Shown: positions 1-13,409 of the stretch, in pieces
How positions within the stretch are numbered: the first letter of the stretch is position 1
Layout: each line of letters opens with the position of its first letter
Origin: Marsupella aquatica
Taxonomy: Eukaryota > Plantae > Marchantiophyta
DNA: 64,000 nt
Reading direction: 5' to 3'
Assembly: GCA_973895155.1 (NCBI GenBank)
Contig: OZ316899.1
Coordinates: 14,821,934 to 14,885,933, forward strand
Notes under the pieces: generated by a model
Told to the model about the DNA's origin: nothing
Database searches by the model: none
The model's input: only the letters and a program-made list of their open reading frames with translations
Made by a program: the position numbers and the translations under genes

Positions 1-1008
1 CCGATGGTGGACCCAGTCAGGCCGATGGAGAGTTGACTCAGTCAAGGGCAGGTAATCTGTCAGAGAACGAACCTACTGCAGTGGCTGAGGAGGAAGCGTT
101 GGGGGCGTCCATTGAGGATCCACCACCGGTGTCGTGACGGTGCAAGGGCGCCGTTCCTTTTAGGAAGGGCGGATGTGGAGGTAGGAGGCGTGAGTGGGCA
201 GGGCGGGCGCTGATCTCCAAGTTTAGGATTAGGATCAGGACCAGGAGCGGCCCTGACACTTAGCTTAGTGGGATTGTGGTTCCACTGGTAGGAGCAACAC
301 TTGTGCTCCTGCCTTGCTGTACATAGGTAGATCCGGGCAGGTAGATTACTGTTAGGTAGATTAGGCTTATGCTGCAAAGAATTAGGTGGATCCACTACCA
401 GGATAAGTACCTGGGCAGCGGGGAGCTTAGGGCCTCTTCTTTAGCAAGTTTTTAGTTTGCACCAGCCGGGCTGGGATCAAGTAGTAAGAGAAGCTCTCGG
501 TTAGTCATACAATGACCCTTGTGTATATTCATGTTTCCTCATGCCTAAGCGCTGAATAGAGTTGGCCTCACGGCTTAGTTCGCAGAGCTTGTGTATGAGA
601 TGTACTGTTTGTATGCCAAGTGCATGGTATGACTCAGTCAGAAGGAGTCATTTTGCTATTTGTGTGTCGCATTAACTTGTGTGAAGAGTGCCCACATCAA
701 CTAATAGAGGAAGGAAAGTAAGCAGGGGAGTGAGAGTTGGATGTGTCGAGCTGAGAGAGGTCTTAGCGGCTTAACCAAGCCTATTGGGGATCATTTCGGC
801 GGCGGAATCCAAACATACCTAACAAGACGGAGGGGAAGACAAGGGAAGGCCTAGATTAGGCCGGCTACGTATCTCATGACCCGATGAAGGATCTGTCCAG
901 TATATGTGTGTAAAATGTTAATAGTAGTAGTAGAAGGAGGTTAGCAGCGTCCCATGCCGCTAAGCCGCAGAAACGGCCTCGCCAAGCGCAAAACCTGCGG
1001 GAATCGGC

Positions 1009-3256
1009 TTGAGCTGGGGGGTTCCTTGGGTTTGGGGAGCCATGGGACGCACCAGACTAACTACAATCTCGACTCTAACATTGCCCGATGCCCTTCATGT
1101 ATGTTTGTACAGAAGATCGACAGCTAAAGAAACTACCACACGACCGTCTCTCCATTCACGTAACCTTGATCGAACTGGCATAGGTTTCATACATCTCCTC
1201 TATACTAGTCATGCGTTTGAATGGTTACCACTACGTCAGATCTTCCAACAATGTCTTATAACAGTAGAGGCATCCGAATATATTCCGGCCTTAGAATATA
1301 TATGCTTTAGCTGGCGTTATACTCCCCCTATCTCTAAGCTATGCTATCATTCAGCCCACGTCTTTTGCAACTTCACATGTGAAAATCTTGCCTTTGATCT
1401 TACAGCTTGCTGCTGCCATGCCAATCGCATGTGGGCATTCTGTGATCCTCTAACTCAAACTGAGCACCAACTGCCGTCTGCCAATATCGACTTGCATGTG
1501 CGCACCACGGACCTTACAATCATCCACGATAAGCTACTTCGTTATGCTCTCTCATCAGGACTCAACCACATCATACCGCAACCTACAACCTATGATGATG
1601 CATTCCAAGAAATTTTGAAGGCTTGGCATTGCATTGGCAACCTTCTACAACTGTCTGAAAATGTGATTGAGTCAGGGATGGAAATTCTTCATGACATCTG
1701 TCATGACTTCTGGATTACTGGTATGCAACGTAACGTGGGACGGCATCGACGACATCTGCAGGGCCAACTTTCGCCCACGGCCATCTTCGAGTTGAACTAC
1801 CTTCTCAACCATTTATATTTTGCAGGCCTTGACAAAGCCGCTAACAACGCCTGCATTATGTGCATTCATCATATTCGTGTACAGGCTTGGCATCGACTAC
1901 AGGGGGAAGACTTCACCCCGGACCCACGACCACTCGAAGATGTGGTCAATACTTGCCAGACACAAATTGAGAAGCTTCTTCCAGAAGTCATCTTTCGGTA
2001 TGCCAATCTACCATTTATCATGGCATCTTACAAACTGCATAAACACAAATATCGTTGGATCACCAATGTTGCATCGTGCATTTTCTCCAGACCAACTAGC
2101 ATCATCACACAGATCTTGGGCCAAATCTCCAATGAACTCAAAGCCTGGGCGTTCAAGCAGTCTGAATACCTACGTAACTTCTTTCACATACATACTTCCT
2201 TTTTCTGGGTTATTGACTCGTTATATGAGTTCACGTTAAATCTCCCACCTAGTATACATTGTTTATATGTTGCTGATATTACCCGATGTTACAAAACCAT
2301 ACCACTGACGGGGGATGATAACTTGCCTGACGCTATCCGCCATGTTTCTAAGATTGCTTTTACACACTTCACGGCGCATACCTGAGCAGCTTTGGGTACA
2401 TATTGATCTTACTTTGGGTCTGGCCAAGGAAGCAAGATGGGCTCGATAGGCTCCTGGTAAGTCTTGCTGGATCAAATTTTCACTGGAGCGCTTTATTCAA
2501 CTACAAACGTGGCTCATACAACACTGCTACATACGACTTGGGGATCGTGCATGGCGACAGTCAACCGGCATTCCCATGGATTTTTCATGCTCTCCTCAAT
2601 GGTGTAACTTGTACTTTGTATCTTATGAAATTAGATTCGTCCAACGATTGACCCGGCTCAAGATGCACGCACTACTCGCTGACTTTCAATTCACATACCG
2701 ATACATCAACAATTTTTGCATCCTCAACAATCGAAACATTAGTCAATTCCTGGAGCCGTCTGCATTGCGCACACCGGATAATCCATATTGGATTTATCCT
2801 CTACATATTGTTTCTATGCAGCCGGAAATGGACACCCACGAACCAGGACATCCAAGTGTCGGCACATTGGGCCGTTTTCTCAATGTCCATATGGACATTT
2901 TGGACCAGATCACTGGATCCTTTACAACCACTAGGTTTGACAAACGGCGGTCCCTTCCATTCCCGTTTCAGCAGTATATTCAATTTTGCTCAAATAGACC
3001 CGTCCGACAATCATACAATATTGCGCTATCCCAAGTGGTTCCTATCTTGTATATGGCCAGCAGCGCAGATTTAGCATTTTCCAAAATTTGCATAGTCGTC
3101 AATACGCTTGTGAACAATGGATTCTTCCAGGCGCGCTTGAACCGAATCATTCTTAAATTCTGTAGCACACGACCTTTTCCCAGAATACGTTTTCCTCTTG
3201 CGGACCTCATTGCCCGTATGAACGAACACATAGACTGGCGTACTGCCCATATGTAA
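1009..3256 (+). pseudogene. Penelope-like element reverse transcriptase, resembling Naiad/Chlamys-type; disrupted
   Basis: ORFs 1009-2385 and 2576-3256 are joined across a frameshift and a stop. Motifs: CxC..HVRTTDLTII, DKAANN, YKLHK..YRWI, ADITRCYKTIP, RQSTGIPMDFSCSPQWCNLY, YRYINN (degenerate YxDD), FLN..DKR, SNRP. No endonuclease is recognisable. Confidence 0.8.
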
Positions 3257-3291
3257 CAAATATAGAGATGAGATATGGCTGGAGACGAGGC

Positions 3292-3343
3292 TGTGAGTAT
3301 GGTATGCACTCCCCATCTGGGGTGAGTGCATACCACACTCACA
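3292..3343. repeat. 20-bp inverted repeat (hairpin) just after the PLE ORF
   Basis: tgtgagtatggtatgcactc ... gagtgcataccacactcaca, one mismatch. Confidence 0.8.
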
Positions 3344-3378
3344 ACAGGTGGGGACCGCTACCATGGGTATATGGTGGT

Positions 3379-3457
3379 GGGACTCTCTCTCTCTCTCTCT
3401 CTTTGGATAAGTATGGACTCTCTCTGTCTCTCTCTCTCTCTTTGGATAAGTATGGAC
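3379..3457. repeat. (CT)n microsatellite inside a short tandem duplication
   Basis: Two copies of (ct)n-tttggataagtatggac. Confidence 0.9.
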
Positions 3458-4755
3458 AGTACACACAAAAAAAGACAGAACGCTGACTAGGGTACGTCAA
3501 TATTTGTAACACTTAGTTAATGACATCTTAAAAGATTACTCAGTATTATAAACGATTTATGTATTTACACATGTAAAGTCTATGTATGGTCTGGATTCAT
3601 CTCCATCTTAAAAGAGACACGTGGAATACACTAAAAGAGACATCCCAAATAGGGCAATCCTAGGTAAATCTGTGCCAGCTACACTAGCGGCTACCCTAAA
3701 AACCTTGCCTAAATTTTAGAGCCACTCACATATAGCACGAGCCCTAACTTTGCACCACTTTACCCCCATCCCATGTGCGGAAGAAATGACAGTCACTCCA
3801 CAACTAGTAGCACGAATACCATGCTCAGGCCGATGCAATAGAGGATCATGGCACACAAGCAGCAGTGAAACCCCTCTGACCAAAGACGCAGGCTGCTTCA
3901 TTTGAAGATCTTATCAACATGGCGCGTGCAGGACAGGTATGTGTACACAGACTGCATTTGCTTAGTTAGTGCATGAATGATTGATGATTTCTATAAGCAG
4001 TTATGCAGTACCGGCTAGCCTAGTGTTGGCTCATGTCTCCCCATTACCGCCGCGGCTCCAGGTAGTAGAAACATGGGACAAGGATTAAATGAAAATGATT
4101 TTTGATCCTGCCCCAAGGACGGGGGCTGAACGAAGACCCTGGGGTATGTAATGCAGATCATGTTGCCTGCATCCTAATGCTAGTTGATGGTCTACATCAT
4201 GCAGCTTGACTGGTTGTGATGACGTACCGCTTAGATATCCTGGATTCACCCCGGATTACACTAGTCTGCGTAATACTAACCTATTGATGTGTGTTGATTA
4301 CTAAAATGTGGCTTGTATTGTGACCACACTCTCTCTCGATCACCGACACTCAACATTTTTTTCCCTCAACACTGTGCATACGGCTGTCCACACCTTGCAT
4401 CTAGCAAGGATAATACCCTCGGTCTAGTCCCATCGTGATTTAGCCTGGAACAGCATAAGCATCTAATAAGCAGCTATACCTATTGTACGCGGTACAAATT
4501 ACACATGCACTTTTAATCACTAGATGGCTGATACAATGACGATGCTTTTTGCATTCATTACTATGCTCTGGCTCGACTATCTACTTTCACTCTAACTTTA
4601 ACTCTAACTTTAACGCTACCTAGCCTATGCTAATTCTATTTCTGATGACTTTATCGTTACCCAACTCGGATTTGTCCATGACTGCAATCCATGATTAATT
4701 TGTGACAAAAAGTCTATCGATAGTATGACCAGATAATGTGAATGATTCTGTATAT

Positions 4756-5058
4756 TGTTAGAATATATTTAACCCTTAGTCCATATGATGATACAAAGAG
4801 GTATGTAATACCCAGATATAAAGAGACACAAGACTAGGAGAGGGTAGTTACAACTACCCCAATGTACAATATAAGATAAGCCACATTGGCTATTCAATTC
4901 AATCATCTTTTGCGTAATACCTAGATATAAAGAGACACAAGACTAGGAGAGGGTAGTTACAACTACCCCAATGTACAATATAAGATAAGCCACATTGGCT
5001 TAAGAGAAATTCAATTCAATCATCTTTTGCTGGTGTATGTATATTTCATAGTTTAACA
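4756..5058 (+). repeat. 5' LTR of element A, with an internal ~109-bp duplication
   Basis: Matches 12455-12648 but the block taatacc..gccacattggct occurs twice. Confidence 0.93.
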
Positions 5059-5174
5059 CGTTATCAGCACATGATTTTGCTCCTCCAACAACTCTCGAGC
5101 TACTCATAGGCCTCTTGTGAATTTTTTCCCTATTCATGTGAACGAAGCATTGAACGAAATTCCCCAAGACACAT

Positions 5175-6080
5175 TTGTTTTCTTTCGCCAAGTACACCAC
5201 AAAATTTTTGTCGACTATGACAACATTGGAGAAGCTCCAATTCCCATTGCTCGCAACAGATGGCGACAATTATTTATCTTGGGCACAAAATACAGAAATT
5301 GTTCTCAACATGAAAGGCCTCGGCGACATTATCTTAGCAGATATCAATGGCACATTACAACAAAAGGCTCAGGCACTGTATATCATTTGCCATCACCTCG
5401 CTGCCAAACTACAACTTGAATACCTTACAGAGTTTAATCCCCGAGCCCTATGGGACGCTCTCAAATTGAGGTTCGACCATCTGTGTCTAATTTCCCTACC
5501 AGCTGCACGAAATGAATGGATTCATTTACGAGTTCTAGACTACCCTACAATTGCCAAATTCAATAGCGCCTTATTTCGGATAACTGCTCAACTAGCAGCC
5601 TGCGGCGAACCAATCAATGAAGCAGCAAAGATCGAGAAGACTCTTTCTACATTCTCGACAGCAAACATGCAGTTATTGCAGATTTATAGACAACGCCATT
5701 TCACCCAATTCTCATATTTGATTGCAGTCATGCTCCTGGCTGAAAAGAATGACCTCCTCCTTTTGAGGAACTCTCGCGAGCGACCACCAGGCACGCTTCC
5801 TAAACCGGAAATACAATTCATGAATACCAATAGAGGTAATTCCTCTTACAATCGACCCCATGGCCAATTTAAAGGCAATCCAAGTCGTTTTAATAAATTC
5901 CACAAGAGACAACAATTTCGCACAGACAAAGGCAAAATCTCCAAGCCTCCCATGAATTCTTGGTATCGTAACCCCAACCATATGCCAAATAAACCTACAC
6001 AGAATTATCCCGCAAATAATCAGCCCAAGTGTTTCCGTTGCGGTGGGACAGGGCATATCCAAAAGAATTGCAGAGTTTGA
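5175..6080 (+). CDS. gag: Gag of element A
   Basis: Bianca-type N-terminus LEKLQFPLLATDGDNYLSW; zinc knuckle CFRCGGTGHIQKNC. Confidence 0.9.
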   Translation: MFSFAKYTTKFLSTMTTLEKLQFPLLATDGDNYLSWAQNTEIVLNMKGLGDIILADINGTLQQKAQALYIICHHLAAKLQLEYLTEFNPRALWDALKLRFDHLCLISLPAARNEWIHLRVLDYPTIAKFNSALFRITAQLAACGEPINEAAKIEKTLSTFSTANMQLLQIYRQRHFTQFSYLIAVMLLAEKNDLLLLRNSRERPPGTLPKPEIQFMNTNRGNSSYNRPHGQFKGNPSRFNKFHKRQQFRTDKGKISKPPMNSWYRNPNHMPNKPTQNYPANNQPKCFRCGGTGHIQKNCRV

Positions 6081-6257
6081 GCTCACCTAGTCAAACTATA
6101 CCAGGCCACCCTCACAACATCCAACACCTTAACAGCCGCATATCACTTGGAGATCGATGACGATCTCTCCAAATACACGCTTGCACCTCCCCCACCAGAG
6201 GTTCATATAGTATCACATGAAGTGAATGACACATCTCTCGCCGGTGCTGATATTTGC

Positions 6258-8468
6258 TGTAGAGTAGGGTTTAAGGAAATATGAATTACTTTCCTCTTAA
6301 ACAACCAAAATTCGTTCCCGTTAAGAGCTTGTGAGACCTAAAAGATTGCATTAATATACTTTGAGATAGTTAAGCTAACCTATCTCAGATTTTAAGTCTT
6401 TACCGACATGCTTAGGTCAGGTGGAAGGAGTTTTTAATACATCCTCAGGTATTGATGTTTGCATCATCAACAGTGCAATAATTAATTCTAAAACTATAAC
6501 AAAACAACCAAAAGCCGGAGGCGTAAAGAGAGGATTAGGTGAGCCTTAAATGTCTCATCTCCTCTCGCCACTTAGCAATCTATGACTAAGTTAGGCACGA
6601 TTAAGAGTCAACAGAGAGTCTGACTAAATTAGGCTGATGCCTAAAGCTAATCCTTAAAGCCAACCATCTAAGAATTTGTAAAAGATGTATATAAGATAGC
6701 CCGTATTAACTTTCTGACCTATGTCAAGGCAAAGGTGGTACTGATTACTCCGAACTAACTTATTCTTCTATTCAATCCTTCAGATTGCTCTTTTAGGACT
6801 ACGCAATTTGTGAGTTCTTGTATGGTGCTTCTTCCACTAATACTTAATAAGCCATAAGTATTCCATAGTCAACATGAATCTTTAGACCTTTGCATGGTCT
6901 CATGCATGCATTTCCAGTCAGCCTAAAGGTTAACTATGACATTGCTAGTCACTTTCCATAGATTTTCTAGCAAGAATGGTCACACACTAATGTCCAAACA
7001 CAAAGCATAGATCACCAAAATTATGAATCTATTACTTCTCTTCAAAGAAGGAGACTTTCACAAGTGAAATGCAAGTCTGAGTAAAATGGTGGAAACTTTC
7101 CCTCTTATACTTAGGGACAAGTCTCCTCTAAACAAAAGTTGAAGAGGTATGCCCCTTCAATTCCTAACCTAAGTGTAAAAGTAAAAAGTAATGCTAAAGT
7201 CTGAAACTAGACTATGAGATAAAGTGCTCAGCAAAAATTCAAAGTCTAATTCTTCCTATACTAAGTTTTATAGGGCTTCAAACACGAAACCGGATCAAAA
7301 ACCGGGTGGGAAACCGGATGGGAAGCCGGTTCAACTTCCGGATGGAATAACTTTTTACTCTTCAGAAGTTGAAGTGTCAGGCTTCACCGATGTGGAGTCT
7401 ACTGCTGGATCAATGGAGTTGAGAGGGTTTGGCATGAAAGTGATACCTCCAAAGGTAGTAGTAAGATAGGAAGCAAGTAGTACATTTCTTGGTTTCAAAG
7501 TGAAAGGTTTCCAAAAATGAGGTCTTGAGATAATGTCCATTGGTGTAAGTAAAATGTAGGAGTGCCAGAGTAATAAGAATTTGACTATCGAGTCTCTCCA
7601 TCTTCCAATGAATGGGTATATCTTTTCATAGTATCATTTCATACTTATCCAACCATTTTGATTGGTTAAGGTCTTTAGCCATGGATCATGCTTTCTTGGT
7701 CCAAAGTCAGACATCTTGAAGGTCAAATGGTGTGGAAGCAACGCTTCAAAATCTTCATTCCATTATTTGTCCGGAAATCTCGGATATCTCTTGGTTGCAC
7801 CGGTTGGAGTCTCATAATATTAAGTGGGTCATTTCGAGTCCATTTTCAGACTTCTTTATATATATCTTAACCGCATCGGAAAGAGCTTTCCAACACACTT
7901 TACAGATCTTGATTTGGATAAATGGTTTGAGAGTTATGGTAATTTTTCTACCGGATGGTATGTCCAAACCGGATCAAAAACCGGCTCAAAAATTGGATGG
8001 AAACCGGTTCAAATTCCGGATGGAATAACTCCTCAATTTCCATCACTTAGTTGGTGTAATTTTTTTCCATGAACTACTGGAAGGTGGGGTAACACAACCT
8101 TGATAAAAGATTGAGCTACTTGTTGCTGAAATGCACTGATTAATTCACCTTAGAATTAGCCGTCTAACTCAAATTTGTGAAAAGTTGGACCTCAATTCCA
8201 AAGTTAAACCTTTGCTTGAGGGGTTGAAGTAGGTCTCTCCTTGCTATCAGATTTTCCCAATACCAATCCATTTATGGTTTTATTCCTCTTTCACTATTGA
8301 GTCGGATGAGGGACCATAACATCTTTATATGCACCTTGGCATGATTCAAGCTTAATATACTCACAGATGCTTAAATAATCATTCAAGGTCCTCAAAATGG
8401 TCATTGAAAACTATTTTTTTCACACAAGATAACTTTTCTATCCTTAAGGGCTTAACCCCTCTATTACA
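6258..8468. mobile_element. Solo LTR (2211 bp) inserted into the protease of element A
   Basis: Begins tgtag, ends ttaca; TSD TTTGC at 6253-6257 and 8469-8473. Removing it restores DIC|ILDNDTSHSIL. No coding domains. Internal ~65-bp direct repeat at 7287-7352 and 7966-8030. Confidence 0.85.
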
Positions 8469-8473
8469 TTTGC

Positions 8474-11400
8474 ATTCTTGACAACGACACTTCTCACTCA
8501 ATCCTAAAAGACAAATGTTATTTCCAGCACATATACCCATCAAATAGACCTGTGACTACTATCACAGGTATAAACCAATTAGAGGAAGGCCATGGACCTG
8601 CCCAACTTACCCTTCCTCAAGGCACAACCATTAAAATTGCATCTGCCATATATGCCCCACTCGCGACACGGAACTTACTAAGTTTCCATGATGTCCGCCA
8701 AAACAATCTCCATATACGCTCTGCACCCGACAACCACATAAACTCTCTACAGATTTTTCGAGAAACTGATAATGGCCCTATCACACTAGAGACATTACCA
8801 CTCCATCCCCCCGGCGTTTATGCCACTAAGATCATGTCTTACAATTCCTAACAACAACAATTATCCCCAACAGAATTATGGCATATCCGCCTCGGCCACC
8901 CAGGCCCAGGGATGTACCATAAAATTATTAAGAACACCATTGGCATACCAAAAGGAGTACACCCATCCACGAAGTTAGACACTTGCATCCCCTGTGCACA
9001 AGGCAAATTTATCACTCATCCAGCTTCCACTAAGAACACCTATCAAATCCCTGACTTCCTCTCACAGATCAATGTGGACGTCTGCGGACCTATTGATCCA
9101 CCGAGTGGACCATTTAGGTTTTTCCTAGTAATGATATGCTCCTCAACCAAATGGTCCTCTGTTTCTTTAATTTCCACAAGAAACCTTGTCTTTGCCAGAC
9201 TGCTAACACATCTTATACGTCTTCGCACTCAATTCCCTGACTCACCTACCAAAATAATTCGAATTGATAATGCTGGCGAATTTACATCACCAGCATTCGA
9301 TGACTTCTGTCAAATCCTGGGCATCACAATTCAATACTCAGTACCATATGTACATTTCCAGAATGGTACTGCAGAGGCATTAATAAAATGTTTACAGATG
9401 ATCTCAAGACCTATGCTATTACAGACACAACTCCCACTTACAGCCTGGGGACATGCTATACTCCATGGCGATGCACTACTGCGATATAGACCATCGGCTT
9501 TTAATATTTACACACCACACCAACTAGCATATGGCTCTATACCAGATATTACACACCTGAAAGTGTTTGGCTGCCTTGTTCTAGTACCCATTCTTGGCCC
9601 CAAGCACACCAAGATGGGACCACAGCGTCGACGTGGCATCTATGTTGGCTACGACTCTCCCTCGATAATAAGGTATCTCGAACCCACCACTGCTGATGTG
9701 TTTCGAGCTCGATACCAGGACTGTAAATTCTGTGAAGAAATCTTCCCACCACTTCTAACTCCAGCACAACTCTCCAAACAGCCTGTCTCAACACACACAT
9801 TAGAATGGACAACAAAGGATCCATTCTGGAATGATCCTCGTACTCAATTGACAGACGATGAAGTGCAATGCATTCCAAATCTCCATCAAGTTATGGAGAA
9901 AATACCTGACGCATTTAATGATGCTACAAATGTAACAAAATCACATATAGATGCAGCCAATACTCCTGCGAGAATTCATATACCAGATACTCGAGCCACA
10001 GACCTCGCTCCCAAGGCTAAGCGAGGCAGACCTTCAGGTTCCAAAGACTCTAGACCACGGCATAAGACACTTGTATCAACACATTTATCCTTACAATTAC
10101 CGCCAATCATACAGGATGAGAATGAAGAAATATCCATCCACTATATGCATACTGGACATTTATGGCATCAAAATTTAACTGAACCAGATGAGCATTTTGC
10201 TTTCCTTATATCCCAGGATATAACTAAAGATTTACCAGACCCTCGGACAATTAAAGAAGCACAACAACGACCAGACTGGCCCAAATGGAACTCTGCTATT
10301 AACTCCGAGCTTGATTCTCTGATATCTCGCCAAGTTTTTGGAGAACTCCGAGTCGTCCCTGTTGCACAACACCTAACTGGGTATAGGATTATATTGATAC
10401 GCAAACATAATGCCGCAGGTGAAGTAATCCGCTACAAAGCCAGACTTGTGGCTAGAGGCTACACACAAATATATGGCAAAGATTACGACCTTACTCATTC
10501 ACCAGTCATGGACTCCATTACCTACCGATATCTGATTGCTTTTGCCCTCACACATCAAATTCGTATGCATCTTATGGACGTGGTAACTGCTTACCTTTAC
10601 GGTATACTTGATACTGACATACAAATGCAAGCTCCACCTGAATTAATTCAGAGGGTAATTTTCCACATTAAGGGGGAGCATACAACCTCCCCAACCCCGG
10701 ACCTAAAGTCGAGTATTGATAAGATTGTCCCTACATAGGACTTTAAGGACCACCTCATTCACTCAGGCCAGATGATACCTGCTGAAATACATCACTCATC
10801 AGCGGTCCAAAATAAAAAGACCCAGCAAATTGCTAATGGTGAACAGTCAGCGGATTCACCATTGAATTATACTGACTTACTCGCTGAGGTAAATCCTGTT
10901 CACCACAGAATCAATAAAGCCAAGAAACCAGAGAAAGCATTTGCTGTACAGGTTCTTAGGTCACTCTATGGTTTAAAGCAGAGTGGCCGCATCTGGTATA
11001 AGCGTTTCCGTGCTGAGATGCTTGCACTTGGTTTCGTGAATGAGGACATTGCTCCTTGCCTTTTTATCAAAAGAGATGGCACTGAGTTTATAATTATAGC
11101 AATATATGTCGACGACATTAACCTAATGGGTACTAAACTCATTATGGATCAAACCATTACCACACTTAAGAGATATTTGAAATGAAGGATATTGGTCAAC
11201 CTCTATTTTGTATTGGCATTCAATTTGAACATTTATCCAGCGGTATTCTTATTCATCAATCTACATATACCAGAAAACTATTAAAACAATTCAACATGGA
11301 CAAAAGCTATCCAGTCACGACACCTATGGAAATTCGATCTTCAGACACATCCAGAGATCTGTATAAGCGCAGGACCAAACATGAACCAATCTTGGGCCCA

Positions 11401-12104
11401 AAGAAACCTTACCTCTCTGCTATAGGAGCCTTGATGTACCTGGCAAATCAAACTCGCCCAGACATCTCTTTCGCTGTTCACTTGCTTGCCCGCCACAGCT
11501 CCCAACCAACTATTAGACATTGGAATGGCATTAAGAGGATACTACGCTACCTTCAAGGTACAATCGACACTGGCCTCTATTACCCTAAAGATGTGCCTAA
11601 CGAATTGATTGGTTACGCAGATGCAGGTTACCTTACAGACCCCGATGATGCAAAATCCCAGACGGGATATGTATTTCTACAAGGACATACAGCCATATCC
11701 TGGAAAAGTACCAAGCAGACTTTGACGACCACATCCTCCAACCACGCGGAAATCATAGCACTATACGAAGCCAGCCGAGAATGCCTGTGGCTTTGACAGC
11801 TTATCAATCACATCCAGTCGTCTACAGGCCATGCAATTCTTACCAAGCCTACTATCATCTACGAGGATAACAAGCCTTGTGTTGATCAGATCGTTAAGGG
11901 CTTTATCAAGGGCGACCGAATCAAACATATTGCCCCCAAATTTTTCCACACGCATGAACAGCACGGGGACCAAATCAATGTTCAATGGATACCTTCTAAA
12001 GATAATCGCGCTGACCTTTTTACGAAGCCCTTACCTCGCATTCTCCATGAAACGCATTCGACTGGAATAGGCCTCCGTAGATTATCGGACTTCACTGAAA
12101 TCTA
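8474..12104 (+). pseudogene. pol: Pol of element A (PR remainder, integrase, RT, RNase H) with stops and a frameshift
   Basis: WHIRLGHP, DVCGPIDPPSGPFRFF, IDNAGEF, YKARLVARG, LYGLKQSG, IYVDDI, GYADAGY, EIIALYEASRE. Confidence 0.93.
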
Positions 12105-12454
12105 ACTTCCCCACCTCTTCCATAAATTTCTTATTCCATTGCGACACGACTGTGTTTCCCCCACGATACCTCCTCTGTTCTATGCATATTCTACTGAACG
12201 TATGTTCTCCATACTCGAACATTTCAACACGTCCTATCGAACACTCGTTTTGATTCAGCCATACATGATTACACTCCTTTCTTACTATTTTTGACTCATT
12301 ACATATGAGGTAGTGACACTCTTTTTACCCCAGAAGAAAGCGGGGGTTTTTAATGAGGTCATACCCCAATGAGTTTTTCCATTATACTCAGAACTAGGCT
12401 TAAATTTATTTCCAAAATGGTTACTTTAAGAAACATAAAGTAACCAAGGGGGAG

Positions 12455-12648
12455 TGTTAGAATATATTTAACCCTTAGTCCATATGATGATACAAAGAGG
12501 TATGCAATACCTAGATATAAAGAGACACAAGACTAGGAGAGGGTAGTTACAACTACCCCAATGTACAATATAAGATAAGCCACATTGGCTTAAGAGAAAT
12601 TCAATTCAATCATCTTTTGTTGGTGTATGTATAATTCATAGTTTAACA
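12455..12648 (+). repeat. 3' LTR of element A
   Basis: tgttag..ttaaca, preceded by the PPT and followed by TSD TATAT. Confidence 0.95.
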
Positions 12649-13409
12649 TATATGAGTATTAAATGAGATATTATTCGTTACCATGCTTGACGCTGTCTAG
12701 ACTACACCTATGCTAGCTATGATTTAGTCCAAACTTGACATTGGCCTTGAATGGGTGTTTTTCTTATGAAATTATCTCTCTCTACCCCCATCGCACATTG
12801 GAAAGAAATTTCTTTCGGGCCCTTGCCGGTGACAAGTGTCAATTTGGCTTCATTGGTAGTGAATTCCTTTGTATTGTTGGGGGGTAATTTTTCTTTATGG
12901 TGTTTTAGGGGGTTTAAAAAGCTCGTGTGTGTATACACACACGATCCCCATCCCTTGCCAATTTTTTTGGTTGGACCCCGTGCCCCTCCCTGTATGCCCG
13001 TTGCTCGCCCTCCCGTGTACGCCCATTTTTAGGCAGTTGCAGCCGCGGCTAAGGGCAACGGCTGGTGCTAAACCCTCCCGCCCAAAGTTTTTCCTCCCCG
13101 CCCACCGGCCAGTACGCCTTCCCTCCCCCCGCGCCCGAAAACTCCTTCCCGATGACTCCTTTTGGAGTCGCGGCTGCCCTTCGACCCCGACTCAAGCGGA
13201 TGCGGCTGCCAATGCCGCCGCCCCTCCTACCCCCACACCTGGCCCCTAATACCTCCGTGCTTTTCTTAAGGGGATCCACACCCCCTTAAAGCATTTTTAA
13301 AATTTTCCTTTTCCAGGTTTCTGATTGGCTATCGCATCCCGGGACCTGCCGCCCTCCACTTTAACCGCTTGGACAGGGGGAACGGCCCCCTGTGAGCCTT
13401 GCTGCTCTG

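Larger units (their letters stand above)
4756..12648 (+). mobile_element. Ty1/copia LTR retrotransposon A, Bianca lineage; full length but mutated
   Basis: TG..CA LTRs at 4756-5058 and 12455-12648; TSD TATAT at 4751-4755 and 12649-12653; PBS cgttatcagcac 5059-5070; PPT aagggggag before the 3' LTR; order gag-PR-INT-RT-RH. Confidence 0.95.

Noticed and set aside
875-980. Possible hammerhead ribozyme (ccgatga..gaaac) upstream of the PLE
   Set aside because: The core deviates from CUGAUGA and I could not build convincing stems.
1-1080. Possible LTR fragment ending ..ctctaaca, with a 10-bp inverted repeat at 947-956 and 1041-1050
   Set aside because: No partner, TSD or PBS in the window; left unannotated.
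3900-4200. Exon-like stretches with GT/AG signals, suggesting a host gene
   Set aside because: No coherent ORF or recognisable protein.
7224-8072. Short ORFs with KPDQKP repeats
   Set aside because: Translations of non-coding ccgg-rich repeats inside the solo LTR.
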